A DNA stretch of 64,000 bases, taken from the NCBI GenBank assembly GCA_964388185.1, contig CAYLYJ010000001.1, positions 25,873-89,872 on the forward strand. Reading direction: 5' to 3'. This DNA comes from an uncultured Coriobacteriaceae bacterium. GTDB lineage: Bacteria > Actinomycetota > Coriobacteriia > Coriobacteriales > QAMH01. The notes beneath the pieces were generated by a model. The model had not been told where the DNA came from. It was given only the letters and a program-made list of their open reading frames with translations, and ran no database searches. Every line of letters starts with the position of its first letter. The stretch's first letter is position 1. Position numbers and translations under genes: made by a program. Below are positions 27,001-30,100 of this stretch, piece by piece.

Positions 27001-27035
27001 CTACCGTGTACGCGCACTGGACTCCGGTCTCGTAA
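1..27035 (+). CDS. Giant secreted/cell-surface repeat protein, 5'-partial (more than 9,000 codons inside the window)
   Basis: The frame of the 15..27035 ORF stays open back to the window edge (codons CAT AAC TGG AAC at 3-14), so the true start is upstream. Stop is TAA at 27033-27035. Translation shows many Listeria-Bacteroides/Flg_new-type repeats (Y-T-[IV]-x-F ... G-Y-x-[FL]-x-G-W ... L-Y-A-x-W) alternating with beta-sandwich (MucBP-like) modules ending L-[KR]-L-Y-Y. It also has N-terminal BspA/DUF285-like LRR motifs, a CUB-like segment (168-437) and a D/P-rich linker (21037-21315). There is no LPXTG, TM helix or other anchor at the C-terminus. Family assignment is by motif recognition only. 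Confidence 0.9.
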   Translation, partial: HNWNMNAGTSYTNMFLNDLKLTRIDLGPQTSFGHDAVIQSSTWGNTEGYAANASQTWTITPTGNGPVTITIAPGSATESASYDYIQFWKNVTSANPSATGSASGKLGGANIAGKTYTYSGVSSLVVSFRSDGSVQKAGFKLYITGGKVTASTNGGVYANVGNDLGVFGPQYPLCDEGKGAWLEYHRNPVEEDPDTYDTIHRDYGDWFGARLALLEHHKTTKGRYTYVWDKDFMGGRLAGNDHVWWYYTEEGHTRPEGYVVKPNSLVIGADEGYPPEDLTVDLDRATTKLPWEKIVPAGVVKHVATIGGWRAMTLNQWFAGNHDFLADGLLDKANWGNSGFNYISISNPASNAVDFNFYDNNGDGAAWLNIGNLRAGETYYLHMTYYWDASSMNQWNYQNNRGSNSNVNFRIAMGSWTNQCLGQALYTNRTSGNGGLTNWYKLTPTVTGTYYLGFTLPGNVNFSWSSTLHLRDLELVYTGNTNSPNLVSNGNEYFSYESFSTKLNTRYTTSDGRNYTSLSSVQDYVAKHPGVTYTDTSYYTYPRSTSSSYVTAYNRPPGFFENLETFDGSGIYMDDCRSVNKIFEDCSKLTEINIRGWSIDDDVTTKGAFDGVNKLQRIITDNGTSLTVKNDGFIKQIPTHNNGAWIATEVTTDDDNPKYDSGKNRVYEGMPVKTVTPTTSTKRSLETLYAYTNGGTDHGIVTWEWKYGTIVSFDAVHPAAAGEIPEVFLEGGQTITFVEKDDKSKWVVFPSGEEYPVFTMDGYVLRYWNTVANPATDKHGRPTQGKEYAYGDSYTAPNVGNDDAEEVTFYAQWYKDADVIVKFVIDEKGGVTGGTSESNVGSDKDITTGYLEISGMKVGDTFTLFNGKDSGLSIYDPALGYNVDMDSYVHFNRPGYNLIGWSFYVRHVNSDGTVTGGTYSIYFNETDQTTRLFLPFDASATDTVVVDTFYALWAPKTGYTVEYIAPESSYKLPNKTGVSYTGTNLLPSNTSQLVNPGYRLKGWYALDAAGNRMTFADGSDLVTNAMRFRDLALSADTGDVLRLYAEWVEGDITISFVPNNSNYGSVSKPSLDVRLTNGDAANGFTVAAPSKKGYHFLHWINDRDDATYTNYVLTGDQIKAVAYLGGKWYTTTFTAVFAPNEYTITFDPGEGGQGSMPDQNATFGVNFVVPSAGDTTGIYRDGYVFLGWMTDEPENPSDPTTPRQLAPGANIADFLAAHGATITLTALWKPQDITATWIAGKGGKVAIAGAEGNATGSITKGYTRNAPALDNVRAIADAGYRFVGWHITGNDDVLSTEALLKLVRPDTGLWPLSQSFTAVFEPIKYIIDYDWSRNPQGDQLAEGTLPSQQEKTYGVEITLGSITDPDTGEKVLEREGYIFAGWVTRDGLHLFDENGKLTIDLSTVEGEVIYLFDSWTPTTYTVTYYRGSDTAKGTMPVQTFTYDVPQTLLTNQFTRNGYRFVGWSKSLYGPILYTQDSNGVGAIVTNLGKDGDNIVLYARWEKVDSYFVTFDIDDTSKNMATIVMPPSYDPYYGVQVKNEGFVSSAQEPTFNQTQDQIDKEYYLSFWRYTITHEDGTVDTGITQDVKRIAITGVAHFSAHFTSGRKYIVVYEPGEQGIFPAVDNKTYFWDLEPSLEGHPSYVPAFGDQQAGSSYDPTFFDTAQSNPKNINKPKGTPGYEFLGWKWTDKDGNTRYSYDVTDSTGLVIIAKTPFPAEIIDQSYTFIAMWRASEVTVYLDPNGGGFILNPDGTLTNPDAAGDFSMTPGEVLATATQLTGNAVLLPGTIDADGNAHVDGLMEREGFKFLGWTDKPTGEVMWQPGENVLAHYGLVIYAVWEKYTYVIHFNSNGGTAVPDKRGVAWADRNVLAGVTEPKKDGYTFDGWYVVNPNDPKFDPTLDKISYTVPFADLARYIKLSYIDALADGVTLYAKWRENEGVIKYVPAIRNEDGTFTETAGGSVNPKEETIFIISPLAAQGSTAKAGTGFHFVGWYDAAGKLLSTSLEFAPTKGEYNTTGQYWGDEDHAIYYAVFAPNSYIIEFVVNGGIGRMEAIEVNIGEARNLPLVEGQMARVGYVFDGWCTRADGSGVHYADGAQIYNLTTINGGVITLYATWKGLDFKLTLNSNGGNPNPWDGVANPPVSYDVSGNVVYTMTAGSSMRLPDVMTFVREGYTMDGWVTTPNGDDLIEPGSIFWMPGGDVTLYAHWVPIDYIIRFQPGAPDVEGAEDMVDVTASFDRTLYLPANTMTREGYAFYHWTTKINGVTYTFEDMEGVLNLTKTAGEIITLTAVWTALPHNVTFDAGEGGTFEGIANPQEVKNGDTPDMSGFKAEREGYQLVGWTYEMKMGGNHVETGSTSDPSTVKIWGDTVFTAVWGGPRVVVYLPGNHGTFDPYITTTGFETMYTELPAGATGERYQFHGTMTEDGIPTGDEGWTFVGWIRTALDHDGNDMGEKLLIPYDEWRDDPIDVLGRIGDDEYTVVFTAKWYKPFTLTYDLLGGGEWKPDYDFGYERQGDDLPVKLTVGAGEIVNVPTAEALLRAGYMFEGWATSVENAENHIVAYPGFDEDGNLWTEFEMPENDMTLYAVWTQREYRVHYATGGGTYIGVQIFHWDDDHLIPADDPIWPGYAFNNWYTADNSDTAPADGPKGQRIYDTTKICDFLLNEEITDIILYAWFVPGNATIHYLVDGEGGTVTNPRDVDISASDGVPTGSTAVSAPGYQFMGWYDANGKLVATTEKFVPQKNADEAWLDGLTFYAKFVYQQYTIIFDSNEATEGKLPDQLVAFDEVVTLTPNADRVKRDGFKFMGWTKQQLPAFMTMDELNDALAADNLTLYEDAATVINLPDGKNLVVTLYAVWVNVGHKVHYNLDGQEDFNDDRFLGYIDDEDNDILHQTGTNVTTLAKDKTHGAHRNGYNFVGWRYLDSMGDWQNIGFGEDFVMPNHDVTLTPLWEPIRYTVVFVPGDAAIDQDTGEVTIGSTFAYDVLGQYASDVYLNYDASGKPYFAVQVSFGELFDANSRFFRPSYDFLKWNVTGTNGWGESKDGEYEAGWYQDFSNLDGSYVLFTAVWSGKKVTAKFESYDEVTGGKITGQTTQSVYTGEPVDYDAIIITPEYKKALAYWIARVTLVAEDGTTSVKELTLLPSEIAEYALEGNTVFTAYWTDANEVWYFEGTFGDFYEDHGHLAGHGSGEEGKTRFTHAVAGQPIPAYDGMANGLPRSVVVERDGKEIAYAFLGWALALMEDGSVKRDAEGHAMYQTNADGTPYFFRDKDGNIVTAADLSGYDLTGDLFLVAIWKEGDFTIEFDRNDPPQPNASELSGVDFNTGEMPSQVMAYETVLPLAPNQYNAIGYEFVGWATIAQSPYAKDWKTDNIEADILSKHGKFYENQALFGPETLATVPYGDSVQLYAVWRVRSFTVTFLVSGDNYGGVLTDKSGNVLNEGDPQLTQNVPYLGHPSSEDLRLRANEYPDLNAYYVFAGWNYEVTLPDGTKITGTFPEEGEISSITVYGNTIVRPIWERLHTLVYQPGEYGDWAEDSIYQIKLRAEKDHLVDFKTLGGPLDPTFTTPLDYGDGKGALVRSMPRSNNPDYMFDGWVGNDGSFYQTVEEVVNAYMTRGDLELTANWVRKPVIIHFDVNGGTPTPGSTATEDREAIPYEHITLPFSSTLTKAGYYLAGWMYDGKLYKVGEHSSDEFAVPRLGATLVAYWAENLAQLTFKAEATNTTGAGYIVSDYGYKTTHDPGCGADGKVGNGWCYWHGLQGWYYDDAEGHRVVKVSGFKDEWWHGNLGTVDMVINPAVQPDGSMYQKWYDTLQFRVSGITGETRGWLPEDSTLKIQDTPISITAVARTGYHFLHWVDVHGVVVCETPTFVAPAGSSGVWVDATYYAIFAEDQDVTIKYEVDDPDHAWLSRDKETIAPSTGTAQGTNVRLLPGYEVIGWAVDGDFDNLITGVGPSLNDFMPPRYGAGLNPGAQIFYDPADPTKGGHTYTAVIKPLPHIEFTVNHYFQKTDGSLSFDLKLTEQLDGPYGTRVDVRAEDVVEGGQTVRKWHIYQIDDAGNIVLDGYYDANDRIVSYLSADGFNWLYAQDISAQTATGIIGRGADALVLDLYYLLDPRNVATIGYQVINLPHTGNDPYGNGDYGSTEPTFELIAAGAAGRPNGSTVTVPDGYDFLGWFAHSLADIEGGIPPLSTDLTFVPTLPAEGLKAGDVVYYYAIFREKTDIVIDYNFAPSNGGSVSLEHDSFAPVTGHPQAVYATPKPGYRFSHWVRDDGLWIAANGAAIDGSDAWTSVPQGTSLMGSTFFPQHIDGSYMSYNGHTFTARFVIDDVNFTVVRYKVIEGHVVTINDDGTINWDVNTPTETVKLSAPANSRVKVLYDDATASYYIAGVDMAGTKLDGGLEHFFTDWLGYHYLPNYELSVESGVVVADGSLTLRLYYEADPNMLFKVERWVYNTGNPASPVTDPVLFDTTNYGGEFNNNGASTDTWRTLQLLANAGETVLAGNVGILAPAGYQYKSDPLEVLTGIVAGDGSLVLRMYFEAIENGSSFKVEHWLVDGQHNAKLADGDPQTVTGVTAGTMVTTDPSTFIPAENGHPGYTYAPEAQIWINGTLTTVKSQTYELYVRGDGTTVLKLYYVADDRKLAFDLGDGDWADTFEGDRGPRDMQTGSKTTLPTTGDLNRTGYTFVGWYITNEGTDVSGTTSIEIADRLSDPTQTTSGFFVPGSDFVMPELDIDSEFLQLIGTDYVYTLHAVWRAIPATYTVEVWKQNGDGSLERVEIEFEEADDDGLLTGVFGDTIDFNDPSNPFRAWGVGGNRQTEALGDSYKITAPLGYAFNPNLVLTGNETIRGFDKTLPTLNSVNSLVLDKVSGNVLYLFFTAIPDGVEYTVNRYIVLPDKSTTYEVDKNGNRLWRNADGEVLDGENGNVVPKEELGSWLIIVRATAGEVCRAVTTDVLDALGIPYNPTDDHVVYDGVNYFIVRNNIPGFAYAVDLSSFHNVGRVEGDSSTVISLYFDAKKQDLVFELGDGDWTLNNLNRDDGMFDGTLNRVYTMQDVNVPTKGNVTRDGYELAGWATSEAIRDAATASGDYSALIAPGARWNVPANETELDYEGFGIVRLWAVWKALPSPYIVKVYRVEGGKVIRDKEFERATSYTDPSGQRQTKPAYIDADDETLLQAPTGQTVGFYSSMVQGLHGHLQPHRAGYTLITDETYSTVYGNAKLEGEVTADGRMTLTLYYVAVPGGSKYTVEYWYWDAITGKPMKFDEAVAPTVTLNGTAGLIANANTAGINNAPGVLDTTMADAPVEDLTTNYTSLSWMWKDIEGYISAAASTWRYTGNSYDYTYATTVNGEIVNRTITITSDTSWSSTYSGMIMGDPNNMLTLRMFYIPAPREVIFSPEAGTWTAGSDTFSSSATVQYTTGQVINIPRGENITRTGYTLLGWTTDKANLDAWSANASRDLDGLKALLGDNWADSLFTSSYTVGTTTPQTLYAVWGPSATTVTVEHYRVVCDYTSNPDGSRVLTNVLRVDTDPVYTTTQNATTEGAFTREMLKYITPDQYAAFPLLKGYEYFEGFNMPFGTENYAEVVEIPSVAGDGSTTLKIYYVSVRVAYTVEFWQVSGEGVATPIKNADGTNLVIRHDGNENDEHPMGLTGAYAAADAHKDGSGNWLPVGPYVDADGNTIVPTELCDGAYYFDGQIIGYHFAPGTFTINDVSFTSDQYKMIEGDGSTVLKLYYIPDTFRLGLILNGNTYSDATWIKSYNGAGNGFVQTGSLQVSSGQQLYLPGSAAAKRPGYKLMGWYAADTYIDVKGAASIERYNKMLADADPDFFAAGSLFTCPNVDQDGEYFLWAVWVAEESNYRVQYYKVDSKGNATLEYTNANVAFKYATGDTFDLREYETDGTTVKGLKAIYALPTNATFSDNGRTYDFRGYTLDLDNIDSILAAIINGDPNNPTTFKVYYQANTDTQYKVHHVFVDGDGNTFEVLVEMRLGETDSEVQPSDIGLAYQNKKNTIRGEMKGNVLWLSYIAGEGTEFPYDFTGFMFHPNSDGTVPGTNLQTSLAAKIAGTGLTEFTLYYIADELPLNLFLGDAATSTDMDKRNWMSGSANISGNYKVGKTITLPGRDAASRNGYELVGWYSGPDFALFTNLMGANSVTAAAWLSQQQTMDPYGVNRLFIPAGGEFKMPQGVTNLYAVWRAKQITFTVDRYQITGGTQADKLTTLEFKGYAGDEVSFIDPETPVARSIVYETYTDVDGVERMRVKMVDDGTGTMIPLYESRVMTGPEDVNNWHVPGIPGYHLYRDASKGGTDTPADATVLGVDYSAKIVTTGWITEIAGMPLGDPKIVLVFVPDTDTPFKVFHHLVQGDGDIYDIKDASGELFFTIGTGKTGQFIDEATGRTFELGSWLDALGVSHADLIAGYTFGDYADQKLTGTILADGTMELHLYYLADRQQLNFELGTDATGTGANVNDPYDNGAWWRGDDPSTDIYHSAEKVTLPNATAGIRPGYELYGWYESIDGSIVDVDGNTVIPSNLTGAAANEWIKKNASLIKLAGETLGFSMPNHETTLYAVWKAVESDYKVIVYVKQGDGSLEELTVYERTGLTGNWLDYRTPGKPGEYFGDDHTKIYAWLDAITIPAGYELVLPSDYDAILGAGVALGDPFGTLNATGDDADAAGIDKTLLYLYLRAIPNGTKFFVERYTVDVNDDGALQLPKLVDRTEHNGTAGQYVRVDALFDGIGNVDPEIGWLYKALAGVITGFTYDPSFSKNLPENSTVAQLYATSATGRITGIALDAQYTAEGALILKLYYTIDSYTLTYKSLGGEITEPDGTKAENVDRTVWYKHNFTPLGADKVKKTGYDLIGWLDPETGTVYDIKADGTFDPISYIWGANKVLEAVWKAQPADVKVVHVKVNHDGEAHIAKTELFEKAKDVGLTWTVAERDNLTPHDSETFVDRLGRLNPNKITTAADVEFWRGYTHLKYGPYLTRTIVIDGVPTTITSSIDAFGYERAVITADNQTTIYVFYYAGYWNNTDPTDPTPIDPDDPNPIDPDPTDPYDPTDPDNPDPFGPDDPDPYDPDPDPDPNPPINPDPDNPTPGPTDPDNPDPDGPKPDPNDPDNPTPPTPPQIDDALKVKYVVNRYKVTGDGERVLVSSYYYKAYVGDTIFADAKYEGETVRRDGTTVWRAFDSDIEGYTYRDSLLGTADYYASHADWVTVDHGTLAGVTGNAVSLVLNLYYEADVHTLTLNLDPDTTKGSFTAPAGWTISDDGRSIWRTYRTGQTTVALPSDLVGTDGRHDNAAADPFRSGYELVGWSTNADAAGLIGEASKLKADEYRNDANRLVGDKADTYLNESTANPKADGIYSRVLYTEDGVRVLMPATDLQLWAIWSADSNTVFTVNRYKITGEGNKVLVGTDTLTGYTDSTVTVDANYITRTTGSAPVDTDTHFYLARDLAIQGYSYQREIAATITLPDGTVVNVPGAGTKSIYEGVVAPDGSLVLDLYYACYNLDDDGNPIMYKITFDPGKGTWNADPSNGTSDERTVYFFAEQNTGTLMHDIERAGYDFLGWTTEQFHENKGNQVEVSSAMGTPSREISKDGDDPINGYEGWGTTEGAYLTASLAGTSLIDGNADLFTRILYGFIMPGADVKLHAVWYARNDIEYTVEHYRVDGNGNVKDVITETRYGVTDDPIVAIDHVGDADTMARYDAAGQRYVRDNDFIGYDIVADGTDITYKDASGNTVTAQNVRYGTPDGSTRLVLKLYYQGRPLKLNFEAGLGTWDTIDSSVQGSLKTVYPVYTEQKFDVGADYFDLHREGYRLIGWTTLEYFEHDGKNIHVAWAKAWDSINVSMNIMPLYQQGDIFTMGLTETTLYAVWEANTYTLRLNEGTTTSKDATWTPSHRLVTDEEIHLPGSTVLERDGYELVGWFYKPTVEVEVDGVMQTVYVGTSEGKISQLAAAIAMLEAGNDPVTGGKKFTLNDANTVYVMPPSNVNLYAVWRAKGDTVYTVRYYKVNGNGELEVWLEVETKGITGETYQIADPNNASEVNNASYKAQLQAIDWRGYMAKYTATLFNGNKNGFDVTDPTLTWGTQLPTSAFTIADSGWTTTVIGNIKQMVSGDGSTVITIVMEAKPISLILDKGTYGQWNRADGQMPGVYQNYQVDADGKHGVREGQDLALPGSDVLIRPGYTLVGWYYTDAATNLKGNASIVEAMNCAMDMGTTDGVIHFTPLGSTFHMPNHDVTLYAVWSANTDTKYQVVRYIITGDGKREVYDTIEHYGVTDEVASAIEYDPNKQQYWNIDNLPIKGYEYVPGGQNAYYFDDAGTQHTVTSIETGILVGHEDWDTWDRGTNIDDMGVYVIPDGQQLLQLFLYYAPKQFNLTIDLGAGKWVDDAVETRPNAFPAFPSQPQGTKGYYTGTSIELPIDVRYNGLVSVGLDNQNRPYSLQGYAFDNGSTVIITHEDGTQEARSAADVIALASQKNGLDNFVYLQALIDSLLFIPANDAGSTFSMWAEDVTLYAVWTLSVQPLTFDPSGYADINDPDDFRDALKVSEEHTDKDAQPGGAWSLLEPDGSVSLDPITGQAKPGTSAPAEFYDGKQNNIGAAVELPREELLVRLGYTLVGWSVDEYATAPDEGLDYRKLSKNAKGNYVSTWTMPADPATLFAVWMANDITLEFDVNGGDDGSQPDKIYSWTDCFVTIPEQEPTRAGSKFQGWALASDSTDVSYQPFDTYQMVAAWDKTLGEASGTENPNVLFALWKNEGFTVEYWATCDDSPDEEIKVFEVTVPYDTFLFDATVEPEFEGWMIEGWFIDTAFGLAIEQDWTADQVVEEYGYCFPDPWDGVSPIQVHAVWTERVITVNFDWQGNPNGPVSTEFYWTNGMPGLTSIAMKGSEFYGWMTDPLYGRYTDGRFSPDEDPDHEMTLGEIVKSMLEDQVDQFYLENITKISEVKEITLYAMFNPMDYTIHYETGYDLELDDVHTPFDLSQVYSRMPGNRDGYVFDGWYTAEGVRIDESQQYASLVANDTVMETTVYAHWTPVS
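168..437 (+). other. CUB-like domain segment inside the giant protein
   Basis: The peptide TWTITPTGNGPVTITIAPGSATESASYDYIQFWKNV...GVSSLVVSFRSDGSVQKAGFKLYITG follows the CUB pattern (W-x-I ... Y-D-Y-[iv] ... s-L-x-V-x-F-x-S-D-x-S-x(3)-G-F-x-[la]-x-[yi]). Recognised by eye only. Confidence 0.35.
21037..21315 (+). repeat. D/P-rich low-complexity linker encoded by a (GAYCCG)n-like hexanucleotide tract
   Basis: Translation reads DPTDPTPIDPDDPNPIDPDPTDPYDPTDPDNPDPFGPDDPDPYDPDPDPDPNPPINPDPDNPTPGPTDPDNPDPDGPKPDPNDPDNPTPPTPP. The nucleotide sequence is reiterated gacccg/gatccg units, and all frames are open here (track ORFs 21017..21337 minus, 21064..21330 plus). Confidence 0.85.
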
Positions 27036-27158
27036 GCAGGGGAAATGGGCATGATGAACATCGTCGAAATATGCGCGAAAAAGATGATTGCTAACGCTGG
27101 TGAAAGCGGAATGCTATCAGGTATACTGCGCGCGCATCGAGAAGGGGAGAGGCAAGGC

Positions 27159-30100
27159 ATGAAGAAGCAGGCATCGTATAGCATGGCGCTCAGGCGCGTG
27201 TTGTGCTGCGTGCTGAGTTTTGCCCTCGTGTTCTCGCTGTCGGGCACGAGCGCATGGGCGAGTGAACTGGCGAACGAGGTCAGCGAACAGGATGTGACAG
27301 GAACGTCAGGCATCCAGTCACATTCGAAGAGCACGAATGTGACAGATGTGCCTGACCCTCTGTCACATCCTGACCCACAGTCACCTTCTGAAACATTGGA
27401 CGGGAGTGCCGAGAGCGAAGCGAACGGCACGAGCGACGCTACTGACGAAGGCGACGCTACTGAGGATGAAGATAGCGATTACGACGATAGGTACATGTTC
27501 GTCAACTCGCGCGTCGAGAAGGCGGCGGGCAACGAGCATGCGGACGTAGCCGAAGTCGGCGATACGATCGTCTACACCGTCATGGTGTGCGGACTGGGCG
27601 ACGATTTCGAGAGCGCGACCGTCAGCGACACGCTGGGCGTGTGGAACGGCGAGAAGGTCTCGAGCTACGGTTCTGATCCGGCGTACGTCGAGTTCGAGGG
27701 TCGTCACGTCGTGAGTGCGCAGGACGTGGCAAGCGAGAGCCTCGAGAACCGCGTCAGCGTCACGGGCTACGAGCCCGCATTCGCATGGGTATCGACGGCG
27801 ATCCCCGCGGCACCTGTACCTGTCGCAGACTATACGGTGGATCTTGCGGGTACGTACGCGCCCGAGCGCAACGTCATCGACTACGACCTCACCATTACCA
27901 ATACGGGCACGCTCGACCTGAGCGATCTCACGCTTTCCACGACGCTTGCCATCAACGACGCGGAGATCGATGCATCGGAGCTGCTGAGCTATCCGAGCGA
28001 TATGGGTGGTCTGCCCGAAAGCATCGATGTGGCCGTGGGTGAGACGCTGACGCTGCACCCGCGCGTGGTTATCCCGTACGATTACTTCGAGGCCGAGCAG
28101 CAGCCCGTGGTGGCGCTCGACGTGATTGTGGGCAATCCTGCTAGCATGGGCCAGACGGCAAGCGCACGCTGCGTCACGAACGCGTACGTCGAGCTCGTGC
28201 GCGACTGGCGCGTGGACGTGGCGACGCACCTGTACGACGCTCTGGGCAACGAGCTTACGGGCGAGAACCCGGCCGTGCCCGGAAACGTGGTGGAATACGA
28301 GTTCACCATCACCAACACCGGCACCGCGGACCTCGATAGCATCGAGGTCACGTCGCTGACGGATCGCCTCGTTCCCGCGAAGGCATGGGAGACGAGTTCG
28401 CTCATGCCCAGTGAGAGCGTGAGCTACGTGGGCCGCTACGTGGTGACGGATGATGATGTGGCCGTGAAGGAAGACGGCAGCATGGGCACGATATACGCCG
28501 AGGCGCGCGTGAGCGTGGACGGCGTCGAGAGCGTGCACGGCAGCGAGGCGTACAAGGTCGCCAACGAGTACGGCTACACGATCAGGTACTGGCTCGACGA
28601 AGGCTTTGACAACGACGAGGACGCCAAGCCGGAGTTGCTCGACGAGGTGAGTGGCGCCGCGGCGTTTGGCTCGGTCATCGAGCTTGCCGGCGGCATGGAG
28701 CCGGGCGAGTTCGGGTACCTGTGCCCCGAGGGCTACAAGGGCGACTACGAGGCGCTCGTGGTGGGCTCGGACGAGGCTAGCAACGTTCTGGACGTGACGT
28801 ACTCGCGTGGTGAGTACGGCTGGCGCGTGAAGTACTACGCAGACAGCGTGGCCGCAGATAACCTGATCGACGTGCGCGAGAGCACGGCGCTGCTCGGAGA
28901 GCGCGTGGAGCTCTCTGTCAACGAGCTGAACGCGGCGTTGCCGGATGGCTACATGGCGCTGGGACCCGAGGCGAGCCAGGCGATCACCGTGGGGCTCGAC
29001 GAGGCTGCAAACGAGATGACCGTCGTGTACGAGCGTGATAGCTTCGATTACACGATCAACTACTATGTGGATGATACCGAGGGCGCGCCCGTGGCAACCC
29101 TGCAGGGGAGCGCGACGTTTGGCGACACCGTGACGGTGGGCCAGGGCACGGAACAAGGCGAGCTCAACTATGCGCTGCCAGCGGGCTACGTGGCGCTCGT
29201 CGAAGCGCAGACGCTGACGGTGGGTTCGGATGAGGCCGCCAACGTGATCGATGTCGTGTATGCGACGAAGCGCAGCGACCTGAGCTTCACGATAGCGTAC
29301 TACGGCGGTGTCATGGGTGCCGATGGCACCGTGACGGCCGGCGAGCTGCTCGACGAGGTGACGGTGGCCGGCGTGGGCACGCTGGGCGAGACCGTGACCG
29401 TGGGTGCCGAGCTGCTCAACCTCGCGCTGCCCGCAGACGGGCGCTATCTGCCGATGGGCGATGACGAGAGCGCGAGCGTGCTCATCGAGGCCGACGAGTC
29501 GAAGAACCGCCTTGAGGTGGTATACGTGCCGGCTTCCTTCGAGTACACGGTGAGCTACTATGTGGACAGCGTGGGCGAGTACAACCTCGTGGGCGAGGAG
29601 AGCGGCAGCGCGCCGTTCGGCTCGCGCGTGACGCCTGATAGCGAGCTGCTGAACCGCTATCTGCCGGCGCTGGGTTACGACGCAGTCGTCGCGAACGAAG
29701 ACGACTACAGCATCCTCATCACGACGGACGTGGCAAGCAATCACCTCAACGTGGTGTACACGCGTGCGAAGTACGACTACGCGGTGAACTACTACGCTGA
29801 CGCCGTGGCGCCCGAGAACCTGCTGGGCAGCTTCACCGGATCGGCTAGCTGGGGACGTCCGCTTGTCGTGACGAACACGTCCGTGAACCGCTACGTGCCG
29901 GACGGCTATGCGAGCCTCGAGGGCACGCGCAGCATCACGATCAGCGAGGACGAGGGCCTCAACGTTATCAACATCGTGTACGGCAAGCGCACCGACCTGC
30001 CGTACACCGTCAACTACTACGTGGATAGCGTGGACGGCGAGCTGCTGGGCAGCGTGGCCGGCACCGGAACCTTCGGGGAGCCGATCCCCTACGATGCCGA

